A DNA stretch of 64,000 nt from Pocillopora damicornis. Taxonomy: Eukaryota. Of the stretch, positions 29,301 to 42,845 are shown in pieces. Positions within the stretch are counted from its first letter, which is position 1; each line of letters starts with the position of its first letter. Below the pieces are notes generated by a model, which saw only the letters and a list, made by a program, of their open reading frames with translations, did no database searches and was not told the origin of the DNA. The position numbers were made by a program, and so were the translations under genes. The stretch spans positions 186,001-250,000 of the forward strand of contig NW_020843716.1 in the NCBI RefSeq assembly GCF_003704095.1, given 5' to 3'.

Positions 29301-30690
29301 GATTATTTCAAAGCTGGTAGGCAACTTGGTCAATTTAAATCAAATACGTGACATATTTAAATGACAACCTGCTAACAGGAACCTTTGGACTTTTCAATGA
29401 AATCTGTAAATGCCGGAATAACGAGACACCTAATTCTGCCATGACGTTGAGCTTTGAAAGTTTTGATAGATCAAAAAAAAAGGTTGCGTCGCAATTTGAC
29501 CAATAACAGCTAAAATACAGAAATTTTTGTCTCTTTGAAAGACAACGGGCTTTTAAAAGACGCCAGTGTGGGCTGATCAAATGATTCGTGAAAGGTGGGC
29601 TCTCTTGGTCGTGGTCATTAGCGGTGCAGACTGAGGTAAGGTTTTCCTTTATTGCAAAATCCTCATCGCCGGAAAAGTCCGCGAATCGATATTCACAGTT
29701 GAACCGTGAGACTTCGGGTTTTTGGGAGTGAATATCAGCCTTTCAAAAGAGAAAATATATGCGGAGAGTGTTAATTTTCTCATAGAATAAAACTTTTTCG
29801 AATTCAGAAGCAGCCCCGTATCTAGTTATGATCGCTTTCAGCAGATTACTTCAAAGCTATGTTTGGCATGAAACAGTCCAGTCTCACTTCGGTTTGGAGC
29901 TGTTTGTAAACTTGCTTTAGACGACACCAAATTACATGTAATTGAGTTAAAGATCTCGCCAGACGAGAACTCAGTTTCTATTTCCTACTTGAAATTGAGC
30001 GCCTCACACCTTGCCTCGTATCCGATGGATAAGTTGTATCACTATCCTTTTTTTTGTTTTGTTTTTGCGTTTTAACAAAATGTCGTTGTTTTTGATCCCG
30101 ATCAAGCCCGAATTTTGTAAAGTTGCAGTTTAAGAACACCTTTATTGTATGCAAACAGGACACGGATCTCAGTAGGAGAATAGTCATTAATTTTCTCATG
30201 CATAAATAAAATTTTTCTCGAATTCAACAAATAGCCCTTATCTAGTTATGATCTCACTTCACGGAGGAATATTTCACAACTTTTCCGGCGTGAAACTTCA
30301 AATTTCGGTTAGGTTTAGATTATAAGTGCGACATAATTGTCATCACTCGATGGTTTAGACGAGAAAAACTAACTATTTTCCCCTTTTTACGAGCCNNNNN
30401 NNNNNTGACAAATTGTGGGACTTCCCAATTAATTAGCCAGCCATTTTTCGAAAAAAGACAAAAAGAAAGAAAAATTGCAAGTCAAAATTATGTTGCTGAC
30501 TTTTTGCGACATGTCCTCTGTGTGCACTACACACTGAAAAAAATTTAATCTATACAGGTGACTCTTCCTTAAACAAGTATCGTTACAACATTAAAATAGC
30601 AATGGCGTGCACGTGGCATCCTGGCTGAAGATAAACAGAGATACATGGGCTCGTGTAGATATGGAATTTCTCTTCAAGTGTTCAATGTCG
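26360..30690. repeat. Segmental duplication copy B, interrupted by inserted repeats at ~27.48-28.85 kb
   Basis: Same collinear blocks as copy A. Confidence 0.85.
28682..28842. mobile_element. Foldback MITE (~160 bp hairpin)
   Basis: atatgttatttaccggct...ggtccgtatggt..aaaactgtga..ggtcttgaaaat pairs with attttcaagacc..tcacagtttt..accatacggacc...agccggcaaataacatat. Confidence 0.85.
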
Positions 30691-31440
30691 AGTTGAACAT
30701 TCGAAGAGAAATTCTATATCTACAAGCAACCATGTATTATTTTGTTTATTATGTAAACACTGATAGCCCTTCACTGACAAGAAAACTCGTCTTAATTAAT
30801 GAATGAAAATATCAACAATCCCGGCTAATGAGAATAGTGGAGTGTGTTGGCGCTTAGGCTCAAGATGAAAAAATGTGTTAAAACACAACGATGGGCGTAA
30901 TTTTTGATATACAAAATTCTAAGTTATTGACTTTGTCTGAAAGAAATCTTTCAGGTACATAGTCAAAATCGGCCTGTGGCAAATCTCCCAATTGTCGATT
31001 TTCGTTCTCAGCCGCGAGAAATGCTATCACCAAAGTCCCTGATTACGTAACTTTCAGTTTTTCTTTTCGTATTTGGGTTTTCTTCACCTTCAAGGAAAGT
31101 TTGAACGTCACTGTCCGTAATCGATAGGGATCTTTGTAGTAACGCTAAGAGAAAATTCCGACAAGCGACCATCGACTGAGTCAACCTAGCCGAGTGACGC
31201 GAAAGGTGTGTGACGTATCAGTAGCTGATTGGCGATATCAAACGTACGTAAAAATTATATCTTATTTTTCACGTGTGTTGTTACGGCTTTTCTCACTGGC
31301 TGGAGATCCTTGTAACACACCACAGTATAAATGGTAAAACCTTTTTTCCACTTGGACACGTGCCGTCAAGACCTCACGCATTTCATGATGAGTGCATACC
31401 AATTAGATGTTTCCCAGGACAATCAGAGGATTGGTAGCTA

Positions 31441-32463
31441 TGGGCGGCCGTCACCACCAAAAGGATATTAAATAGATCAGCAAATACAAAGCTGGTCTAA
31501 GAGGATGGCAAAGGGTTTTTGCGTGACGCGCGATGGCCCCAAAATTTGCTGGGTGACGCGTGATTGTACCCAAATTATCAGCGTGATGCGGACCGGACAT
31601 CACAACATGAGGCGTGATTTGCTATTTTTACAAGCGCGTGACGCGTGATTTACAAGACTTACTAATCAGATTTCCGTGATAAGTGAACGATCTTTGATCT
31701 AGAAGGGTACCAGACATTCAAAGTAAATAGAGTCTTAACAAAAATCAATAAACCAGGGCAGCTGTGACACTGTCCTTTGGTCTTTTCCGTACTTTGCTAA
31801 ACTTTGCTTGACCTTGGATGTCCTTGATTTTCGTGGTAGGTCCAAACAATCGTGACACAATAGGCATAAGTTAATAAAGTTAAAATTTGCACAAGGACTA
31901 TGACCTTCTGTGGTTGTATTGTCGATCTCGTGGTCGTGGTAGTGCGTGGGATCCAGAAGACTAGGAAGTCCACGGGTCGGTCCACGAATTCTACAGCTTG
32001 AAAGATAGCCAAATTAACAAAGTTCATACTAGTTCTCACGAGATAACCATTAAGCCATATAAGAGTTCAAACTACGAAAACATTGACAAAACTACGACTA
32101 CTGACTCCTTGAACAACGAACTATGATGACTATGATGCCCAGACGACACCTCAGACGTTGGAAAAAACCAAGACTCTTCGTTTTTATTGTGTTCGATACT
32201 TGTAAAGTACGATTTGATATTCCGATACGAAGCCCGAGTAAACGCTCTCGGAGCGTCTAGTTTCAACAAGTAAGTCGTCTTTATTTGTCTAACAAAAAAG
32301 AAGTATGCCATGTGAAACGCAATTCATTCCAGAAGGAAAACGTTGGATGGAATATAATTTCTAACAATACATGCTGAAATCTTACGGTATTAGCTGAGCG
32401 TACTTACTCCTTTTTTACGTGATGCGTGATTTAATAGAAAAATTCTGAGTGATGTGTGATTGG

Positions 32464-32533
<70 letters not shown>

Positions 32534-34102
32534 TTTGCCACCCTCGTCTAAGGATCAGCTGCAGGATAGCATAGCTAATAAAGGAATGTCATGGCCAAAT
32601 TGTAGACGGTTTAGTTTTCCTTGATGAACACCCTAAACATGAAAAGTTAGCCAAATGATAAACGGTCTAGTTGCCTATGTCGAGTGAGAACATGAAATTG
32701 TGAAATGGACTAGCTCAATTACGAATATCCTAGCACTCATTTGCGACACAGTACACAAACGGTGTAGCGTTGCGTGAAATGGCTCAGTGTAATGTCGAAT
32801 CGTACAGCGTATAAACAAATGGTGTAGCATTACGTTGAATGGTTTTGTAGAACATCAGACGCTCTTGCTGAACATTAAATTGCTTAGCATTACACGAAAT
32901 ATTTCGATGTTGTGGCGAATCGTCGAGCTTGCTTGTGGCGTGACGTGAAGGCTATCTCGCCGAAACCACCAAAAGTACAAACCGCAAATGGAAAAGCGAT
33001 CTGCTGGGGGTATGACGTCTTCGAATGTAAAGGTTGGCGCGAAACCATCATGCACATGGTGTAGTCGCTGTGTTGAAGATTCTTCACTTCGTCTTGCCGT
33101 AAAGCAGAGCCAATTCCTAACTTTTCGGTAAGTGTGTCCTCTTTCCCTGCCGATATTGCATTTATTTGTTATCGTTCATGAAAGCGTTTATTGAAATAGC
33201 GACGAGACTGAATTCTACCACGGTTTGTCGGCCTACCTGTTTACCACAGTTTGCACGTGTCGGTTAGCTTAAATGTTTATGATATTAGTTAGTATTATGA
33301 CGTGTATTAAATGTCGCTTGTAGAGCTATCTTTTCTTTTCTGACTCGCGCTTACTTTTCAATAAGAGTTTGACTTCAACGGCTCTCTGAACATTGCAGGA
33401 GTACGTGAGAAATTGGAGTTTGTGTGTGCCTTTGCGCGCAGAGTTGAACGCCATAGTAAGAAAACTGATACCCTTGATCTGTTTTGACATTTTTCAATCA
33501 AATCGGAATGCTTTAATTGCTAACACTATTTTTGGCACACCAATAAAAGCATTCCGATATCACTTTGATTTAAAAATGTCAAAACTGATATCCTTGATCT
33601 GTTTTGATATTTTTCAATCAAAGTGACATCGGAATGCTTTAATTGCAAATGCTATTTTTGGCACACCAAATAAACGGCAGCGAATAAATACAATATCGGC
33701 AGGACACACTTACCAAAGTGTTACGAATTGGCTCTGCTTTGCGGCAAGGCGAAGTGAAGACTCTCCAACACAGCGACTACACCATGTGCATGATGGTTTT
33801 GCGCCAATCTTTGTTCTACACTGCTTGTGTGCTGTGTGCTGAATGCTAAGCTATTCATCGGTTTTCACATAGTGCATTTCACAATTTCATGTTTCAACTC
33901 GACATAGGCGACTAGACTGTTATCATTTGGTTAAACTATTCATATTTAGGGTGTTCTGTTTTACGAAGGAAGACTAAACCGTCTATAATTTGGCCATGCC
34001 ATTCCTTTATTAGCTATGCTATGCTGCGGCTGATCCTTGGACCAGCTTTGTATTTGCTGACCCATTTGACATCCTTGTATTTTTGGTGGTGACGGCCACC
34101 CA
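31441..34102. mobile_element. Large non-autonomous foldback DNA element with long inverted arms and TA flanks
   Basis: tgggcggccgtcaccaccaaaa (31441) versus ttttggtggtgacggccaccca (to 34102); arm 32552-33160 is the reverse complement of ~33685-34045; TA on both sides. Confidence 0.88.
31501..32545. mobile_element. Nested non-autonomous DNA transposon with 6-bp target-site duplication (GTCTAA)
   Basis: TIR gaggatggcaaaggg...ccctttgccaccctc; gtctaa at 31495-31500 and 32546-32551; removing it restores the host's left arm. Confidence 0.88.
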
Positions 34103-36569
34103 TACACTTGCTCTTTAATTTTAATAACAAATAAGTCTAGTGGAGCTAATCAGGCCACAAAATAAAATCAATGTCACCGAAGCGAATTGTTTGAAGATCT
34201 TTGAAATCGATTGAAGATCGATCGGTATTTCGAATTTTTGATTTCGGCTATATTTCCACAACTGCGTTTCGTAATGTTCAAGAAAAGAAATAGAAAATGT
34301 TGTTACATTGATTTCGAGAATAACCCGTCAGTTACATTTACACAAAACTTTGTTTCTATTTCTCTTTTCATTAAACAACTTCTTTTGCGAATGAGAGTTT
34401 CATTCCAGCTTCCGCGAGTTATCTAATCGGTAGGGAGTCAACGCTCGACGGGAAAGGGGGCAAGCCAATCAGATTGCCTGTGTTTTACGATAGTTTAGTG
34501 AGCATTTAACTAATTTAAAAGGTATAGAGCGCCAATGATCCCTGAAGACCGCAAATATCTTGAGTCATCCGCCTACGCCTGTCGGATCGTTTTTGCGAAC
34601 GTGACATTTAAGAAAACGCCCGAACACTGCTATTTTTAACTTAAACTTTGCCTCAGTTACTCGACTGGAGCGAGGTCTCCTGTCAAACCCAGTTTCTGAA
34701 AGTATCTTGCTCGGCATACGTGCTCAAACTCCCTTGCTTCCCTCTGTCCGAGGGTTTCTGTAAGTCGTGAATATAGCATACACAATATGTGAGCAATATG
34801 AATGAAATTTCATGAAAATTTAGTCTAACTAAAATTGTTAAAGATTTGCTTTTCAAGTTGGCCTAAATCAATTCAGGCTCAACTCCGTCCAATTTTCCCT
34901 ATATACATCCTGTCATAGTTTTCCTCGGCTGTTGTCTATTTAATATTACCATCTTTTAAATTCCTTATTTTAGGATTGTAAATTATCAGTTCATATTCCC
35001 TTTGACCTGCATTTGACAGGTAGTTGAAGAAATAGCGTAATTACTCGATGAAACGCAGCGGTGTTAATCAATAGTTTAGCGTTTTGATGCGGCCTCTACT
35101 CAAAATACGTTTTCATTTCTTAGACCATGAAAAATATCTCTATAATTTACTCGTTAATCATGACCATGCCGCACTACAAAAACATGGTTAAAGTTGCAGT
35201 ATCCTACTCTTTATTTTATTGAAATGAAATACACTTATTTATGCACTTGGGTCAGATGCAAAGTAATTTCCTCGTTACGTTTCATGAGTAATACGTACGG
35301 CACATGAGACGAAGTTCTGCTTGCTGTCACAGTGAAATACCGGAAGACGAGGGCGATTAAGAGAGACTTCCTAATTCCCCTTCTTCTCTCCACCTGGGAA
35401 TCTCCACGCAATTTTTGAAACATTGTATTGTTTAGCTGGCCATACAGTTTGGTAAAACAAGTTGCATCAGAATTAAAGAAACTTATTTGAATCATGATTA
35501 TTAACAGGAATGACAGCTATCAATGGGTCCACTTACCCCCCGACCATCTATACACGGTTTATTGCAAAGTGCGACAAGAGTGGTTACAAAATGCGATAGC
35601 TTTCGGCGTGATGGTCGCAGTGTGCGACAGTTTTTTTTTCTTATAAAGTGCGATAAGTGTTTACAAAGGGAAAATGTTATTACAGAGAGCGACAGAAAAT
35701 ATCTTGAAGTGAGGCCAAGACTTACGGCAAGCCGGCCGCTTTCAATTAAAACAGTATCGAATGACCACAAGAGAACACGAGTGATCGTGATATGTCTGGA
35801 GACTTTAGTACTGTCTTTGTTTCTATACACGCTATAAAGATAACGGGCTCGTATTTATGATAGAAATAACTCATTACTTCGAACTCAGAACGGTCACCAG
35901 TTAGCGATCGGGTTAAGATATATAATATAAGATATATAAGCGGGTTAAGATATATAAACACGGTAAGCTTTTTAGCCATCTTTCAAAAACCGTTAGAACA
36001 GACATTGCCACAGGGGTCGTCGCTGTGTCCGCTTTGTATGACATAGCGGAGTGATATGAATTCAGGTGTAACAGCATGATTTGTTCTCAATCTATCGCAG
36101 AAGTTGAAGTTAAGAACTTTTTGAGTCTTATCTCTCAAGGTACATGTGAGTGCCTTAGTCTTACTGCCTCCTAGGCATGAGTCGTTAAAAGCGTTCAATG
36201 ACTCTGATTAACAAGTGTTACATAATTTGGTGGCGTCATTTCCTCTCAAGGACGTCACGCAGACTACTTAACTAAGTAGTGTAAATGAGTCTCCTGTATT
36301 ATTTATAGTCACATCTTTTTCTTGAGTTATTAACGGAGAAAGGACCCATTTAACTTAAGCTCTTTATTGGAATTCGTAGGATTGGCCACCTTTCTGATGT
36401 GTTGAAAGTAACTCAAGACACAAGGGAACGATTTAAGGGCCATAGAAGCTGCAAATGCTCCATAATAATCCTTTGTTAGAGTTCGTAGCTACGGACGCTG
36501 CGGTGAAACCATCCTAGTGTGACCTATGACGGGAGGAATATTTCATTCCCTCTAAAGACGGAGCGAAGA

Positions 36570-37547
36570 ATGCTTGGAAACAATTCCTCAACGATTTTGC
36601 ATCGACCTGGTTCAGACAGCAATGAGACAAAGTGTGCTGCTTTCACGGTTGGACTAGTTGAAGTTTATATCACAATCCATTTTGTCACTATTCTGGTGTC
36701 CTTGGTGGGAAACATTCTTCTGATTATTTCCTATGTGAGAATGAAGGAAACGTTAATGCTCCCTATCGCCAACATGGCTGTATCTGACCTGCTGACTACA
36801 CTTTTTCTAATGCCTCGTCTTCTTAGACGAGAGCTCACCGGATCCAACGATTTCCTCATTCGTGGAGTTACAGGTACATTACTGTGCAAACTATGCTCCT
36901 TCCTAAGCGACATATCGCTATCTGTGTCGACCCAGAGCTTAGTACTCATAGCTGCTGAGCGATTTCTCGCGATTGCTTGTCCAATTTTATATAGGAAGGT
37001 AATGACGGTGAAAAGACGCTATCTCTTCGTAGGCTTAACATGGATAATATCCATGGGAATTCATTCGCCATACTTTTACGCTTTCCGTCTGTCTACTAAT
37101 AATATTTGTGAAATGAACTGGGAACCAGCTTTCGATCATAAGTCGACGCAGCCACGCTACGTGCTTTTTCTTTTCGTAACAGTTTTGCTTCTACCGTTAA
37201 TTACTATCTCTGTGCTTTACTGCATTTTCGGCGTCAAGATTCGGCGAGATAAAGTAGCTTCGTCTCGAACCGAGAGAGGGACCTTGAGACACCAGGAACG
37301 CAGCAGAAAGTTACAAAGAATGGGAATAGCTACTGTAACGGCGTTCTTAATCTGTTGGCTCCTTTATATAGTGATAAATGTTTTCAAAGAGCTTTCTTCA
37401 AATACTGATCATGAGTGTAGCCAAGGTTTTAAGATAGTAGACAATATATCTCGCGTTTTAGCAAGCTGTTACTCTGCTGTAAATCCCTGTATTTGCTTTA
37501 TATTTGTGAAAAGCTTTTCTCGTCAACTTTTCGCGTTATGCAGATGA
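36570..37547 (+). CDS. Orphan class A GPCR, ~325 aa from ATG 36570, C-tail truncated
   Basis: 7TM; NMAVSDL, ERF, CWLL, NPCIC; the ORF-track start at 36519 is a GTG; closest paralog is 43575-44729. Confidence 0.92.
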   Translation: MLGNNSSTILHRPGSDSNETKCAAFTVGLVEVYITIHFVTILVSLVGNILLIISYVRMKETLMLPIANMAVSDLLTTLFLMPRLLRRELTGSNDFLIRGVTGTLLCKLCSFLSDISLSVSTQSLVLIAAERFLAIACPILYRKVMTVKRRYLFVGLTWIISMGIHSPYFYAFRLSTNNICEMNWEPAFDHKSTQPRYVLFLFVTVLLLPLITISVLYCIFGVKIRRDKVASSRTERGTLRHQERSRKLQRMGIATVTAFLICWLLYIVINVFKELSSNTDHECSQGFKIVDNISRVLASCYSAVNPCICFIFVKSFSRQLFALCR

Positions 37548-39829
37548 GAAGGTTCACTGAAAGGGATCATAGAGATAGATGTTTGCAGGAAATAATACCT
37601 ATTGTGTTCAATTTTGATCAGCACGCTGGGGAGCCATCACTCCGAAGTCATAGCCGTTTTGGCAAGGACGTTGAATTGGTTTTTAGCCACAAGTGAGCTC
37701 CATAACCATTAGCCAAGCAGTCTACTGACTGAGTTTCAACAACATTTTATTTTTAACGATGACTACGGTCTGAAGCCTTATGGAGTGTTATAAGTATTTG
37801 TATGTAAAGGAACTTTATTCAGTTAAACACTTACAGATCAAAATAGTGCCAATATCAGTGATGTAAATTTCGTAATCATATCTTGAATTTATGCCAACAT
37901 GGATCGCATATCCCTTGATTTAATATATATCGCTCACCGGTGTAGGAAAGTGATGATTGATGGCAATGTTTTGTTAGTTGGTTAGTGTTTTGAGGACGTC
38001 GAAATAGTAGTCAGTCTTAAGCACATTAGTACAGAATAAAGAAATTCAAAAAGCTGACAGGTGTACGTGCTAAAGCGTGGCGAACGGATGCAGCTTAATT
38101 ACAATCATTTCCTGTGACGCACGAATAAGCATCTTTCTGCGAACAAAGGCCACTTTATCTAATTAACCTAATTTCTGGGATAATGTCGTCACATTTAGAT
38201 AATAAAGCACTGAAAAAATATAGCCAAATACATTACACTAGTCAAGGCGCCTAATTGAAAGTTTATTTTTCCTTCCTTTCTCAAAGAATATTTACCATAA
38301 CTGTGCTGCTATGCTATCAGTGAATATGTGAAATTTCTTCCTTTGGCGTGACGTCCTCCTCAACGCTGTTTGATTTTTTTTGCCTTCAGGCTATCTCAAA
38401 TATTGCATTACGTGTCGATTTCATTAAATAGTTGAATTAATTGAATAGTTTGGTGCTGATTCACCTGAAAAACGCCGCGTACCTCTTCTATCTTTAGAGA
38501 AAATGAAACTGTGCGTTCATCTACGCAACCGAGTTAATCTCATTTACTGACAACTATTTAGATGCAGAAGACAGTGCCTTGAGCTTCCTTACCGTCAAGG
38601 AATGACCTTTTAAAGTTCAGTCAGTGTCTTAACCACGTATCTTTCCACACACGAAATTTACAATATGGGAAATATGTGGTTTTTGTCTTAAAAGCCTTGC
38701 GGCTGAACCTAGTCAAACTTTCTACATTCGAACCTGTATTTAGCGGTCACGAATGAATGGTCATTCAGGTCAGGAATGGCGACCGCTAAATACAGGTTAG
38801 ATAGAATAGGGGTTTGATTAAAAACAAAAAAAGGAAAAAAGCCGTTTAGGATCAATATCAGTGGATCATCAATCAGTTCATGAACAAATACTCGCACCAA
38901 AATACTACTAGCATTAATTTTTCGGGAAAAAAAGACGGATTTAATTTTAATTGAAACTTGTTCTTAGTTTCATTTGATTGGTTCCGCTTTAACTGAACGT
39001 TCAGTACAGGTAGAAGAAAATACAAAGGGGCCGTTGGTACTCACTCATAGGTGACTAAGACCGCTTGATAAAAATTACCGCTGAATAGAAGTAAAAATTA
39101 CAGTTGTTAAGTGGAAACAAATTCGGCACTGACAAGCGACCGCTTAATACTGCAGGGTGACCGCTTTATACAGGTTTGATTTTGTAAAACATCTCCGTCC
39201 CCTATCCTCCCTTTACGTCCGGGCCGAGCCGCCTCGCCTGCCAGGTCTACCATTTGTATTTACTAAAGAACGCGTGCAAAATGTTCATTTACCAGAAGGA
39301 TTATTTAACCATTTAACTTATATTAGTGACCAAGACAGAATTTCCCCTTACAATAACAATACAATATCTACAAGATAAGTGATGAGAATAAAGAAAAATA
39401 TCCGTTTTAGGGATAATTGGTTGATCCAATACTAACTTCTCTGGACTAACATTATAAGAATTGTATGGTTGACAATAAGGAGAATTACAAATTTGATCTG
39501 GGAGTTAAAGGGTTAATTTGTCACCATAAAATTGCTCAGAGGGTCGATTTGCATATGTTGAAACTGAAAACGCTTCCTGAGTGCCAGATCGAACCATAGC
39601 AAACTATGGCTCACGAAAAACTGCTCCGATCGGAATGGAAAAGTCATTCTAAGAGTCTAAAATTATTTTGAGATGATAGCATTTGTTTTGTCGATGGTGA
39701 AGTAATGGGATAGGTCTCTTTTTAGATAACACTTGCGAGCTCCACATACTACATGTCAAAAAAGGGCCTTGCGGCGATCGCTAAAGGATCGTTCTCTCGG
39801 TAGAAAAGAGCATTTACGCTCCCTTTATT

Positions 39830-42800
39830 TACGTCTTGAAACAACATTCATTTTGTTTTTAAAGTATGGGTGAAATTTCTTTGGCATTGTTGTTATTATA
39901 GCCGAATATCTTAATTTTGAGCGTGTTGACATCTGCACCAGCGATGTTGAAGCTCTATAGTTTGAATTATCTGAACCGAAAAGTAGAAAGATCCTTTTTG
40001 GGCTGTTTACCGACGGCCGCCAAATCTAGATGCCACAGCAAAGTCTGGAAGAAATGTTAAATCGGCGAACAAACGAAATATCGAAACAGTCCTTCTCAGA
40101 GATTTTAATCGTGACTACATCTCACCGAATGCGGCAACAAAACATTTCCAGCGTATTCGAACCTCTTCAATTTGAAGCAGCTGATTATCGAACCCACCAC
40201 GATTACTCATCACTCCAGAACTTTTATCGATTTAAATCTTTACTTCAAAGGCTGATATTTATGTACCTGGAGTATGTTTCTCCGATCACTTGGCTATTTA
40301 TGGAACTAGGAAACTTCACAGAATCCCTCTCCGACCACCAAGAATGGTAGAGATCAGGAATTATAAACATTATGATGCCGCTTTGTTTTGTGAGGCTTTA
40401 AATAACATCCTCGTGGACCTTGAAAAAAATCCTTATGAGGAGTGGCTTTCTTTCAAGGATCTATTCCTGACAGCAGCGGACAAACACGCACCAATGATTA
40501 AGCGCCGTGTTCGCGGAAGATCAGCCTGCAGAGCAAGCGTAATTTTGGCGAGCGAGTGCTCAGTATTTTCTTAACGAAAATTATGTCCGCCACCTTTGAT
40601 TTTAATGGCAGCGGAAGGCTGGGAGGAGAAAGAAATTTCTACCAAGGGGGCGGTCGACGGTCAATTAAAAGGGATGGGGTGGGGTAGGGGAGTGTAGATT
40701 ACGCGTTCTCTCGCCCCTCCCTCCCCCCACCCCCTCTGTCCACTCTAACTCCCAATCAAACATGGCCTGTCGGATAAACGATCGCGTTTTTATAACGTTA
40801 GCTCGCCCTTATAAGACGCCTGCATTGCGGGTTAACAGAAGATCGGTGTCTTGATTGTTGGTTGACGCCTGAGACTAAATTAAAGACTTCATGCATAAGT
40901 GCGATTATGAACATAAGAAAGTCATATCAACAAACAGTGGGCTATATTGGAGTAATAACAAAAAATTACGCAAAGCTCTCATCGCGAAAATGCGTAAAAA
41001 AATGTAATAATTATTCCACAAAGCTCCCAAGTGACAAGAACCTCAAAGAGATGAGACAGACACTAAATAATATCTTGCCCAAAGAAAATAAACGCGCATC
41101 GGGTGGTGACTCATCAAATCTGTCAGCGACAAAGTTCAACGAGTTTTTTTGCATCAATCGCATGGAATTTATGCAATGTCTTAAAAGACCGAGCCTTTTC
41201 TCAAATTTTAGTTCCCAGAGTTAACAAGGACTTTACTGTTGCAGTCAGTTTTGAAAGCTATGAGCTGTCAAAATTAGAACTATCGAAAGCTACTGGGCTC
41301 GACAAAATCCCTGCAAAACTGCTCCAAGACGCAGCGGCTCCGTTATAGCCAAGGCAGTATATAGCTTATCTTATAAACCTCACGATCTCGACAGGTGAAA
41401 TTCCGTCACAGTGGAAGGAAGATAAAATAACTCCAATTTATAATACTGGGAGAAAAGATGATAAGAACAACTATCATTCAATTTCAGTTCTCCCCTTGAT
41501 TTCTAAAGTGATGGAATTTGCAATTCAAGCTCAACTTTTGGCCTTTCTTAACGAAAACAAAGTTCTATCAGTTTTTTAATCCCTTTTCCGTAAGAAGCAT
41601 TCCACTGAAACTGCAGTTGTCCACCTGGTTGATCATATATTAGATTACATAGACAGTTAACAGGTAACCGGTGCTGCCCTTGTCGATCTGAAAAAGGCCT
41701 TTGAACTTGTTGATCACCACTGCCTCCTTCACAAGCTAGAGCACCATGGAGTTAGAGGATACAGTCTTACCTGGTTCAGAAATTATGTCACTACTCGTTC
41801 GCAGACAGTTCAATATGGAGAGGTGTTATCATCCAGTCTTCCTCTACTGCTTCGGTGTTCCCAAAGGTTCCTTACTGAGATCATTTGTGACATACATAAA
41901 TGACCTGCCTCAATGTTTGCTGCACTCGGCGATAAGTATGTATGCCGATGGCTCAGTGATCCATTATACTGGGTCCAATATTAACATCATTAGAGAAAAT
42001 CTACAAGAAGACCTCAAACGAGTCAAGCAGTGGTTGATGAGTAGCAGATTAATACTGAATCAGAGCAAAACGAAAGGAAACTACTGCAAACCTCATCAGA
42101 CTTTGTGCTGCAGATCTAAGGTTCAATTATCTTGGGGTTATGCTCGATGAACAGCTTCTGGAGAGAGCATACCGACTCCCTTTGTAACAAAGTCAATAAG
42201 TGTTTGGGACTTTTAGCACGGATAAGATCTTGCCGTACTCTTAAAGCAGCGAAGTGTGTCTGCAATACCCTTATTGAGCCAATCCTGTGTTATACCGAAA
42301 CTGTATGGGGTGAACTGTCAGCCACCTCCAGCAAAACCCTTCAACGTTTTAAGGCGTGACTCCTCTTAAGACACTTTTAGTGTTTTAGGGTGGGCTGAGT
42401 AGGAAATGAAACAGAAAAGACACAAATGTGCTTTAGTTTATAAATGCTTAAATAAGCAAGTACCTCAGTATCTATGTAAGTATTTTATTAGAAACTATAA
42501 TGCACGTAGCTATGACACTCTCAGAAGAACCGATTTGCACCTGCCCAAACCGAAGTTAAGTCTTAGCAAACGAACTTTTAAGTGTTCGGACTCAGCCCTT
42601 TTTCATTTGTTGCCTTGTTACATTCAAAACGCGGAACCACTTTCTTTCTTCATATTTTTACTGAATACTAACGATATTTAACATTTTGTTTTTTTAAATT
42701 ATTACATTTTGTATTTTTAAACTAATATTTATTATATTTTTGAATAAATATTTACTGTATTTTTAAAAAATTATACTCTTTATTCCAAGTTCCCCCTGGA

Positions 42801-42845
42801 TACCAGCCTTACGGCTAATTGGGCCACCCAGGTAAAATAAAGTAC
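39830..42845 (+). mobile_element. Degenerate CR1/L2-clade non-LTR retrotransposon (endonuclease-RT ORF2 remnant)
   Basis: Frameshifted fragments KATGLDKIPAKLLQDAA, NY..ISVLP..SKV, FRKKHSTETA, DLKKAF..VDH..LL.KL, GVPKGS, YINDLP, MYADG, then the C-terminal LHLPKP...KRTF and an AT-rich 3' tail. Confidence 0.92.
40522..40834. mobile_element. MITE inserted in the LINE, ~9-bp degenerate TSD
   Basis: Ends cagcctgc...gcgggtta; flanks gcggaagat (40513-40521) and acagaagat (40835-40843); it interrupts the LINE peptide VRGRS|V. Confidence 0.72.

Noticed and set aside
33455-33670. Repeat-spacer-like pattern
   Set aside because: Only two copies of a ~120-bp unit inside a foldback element; not a CRISPR array, and no cas genes.
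40030-42681. Several 75-134 aa ORFs as host genes
   Set aside because: They are frameshifted fragments of one dead LINE ORF2.
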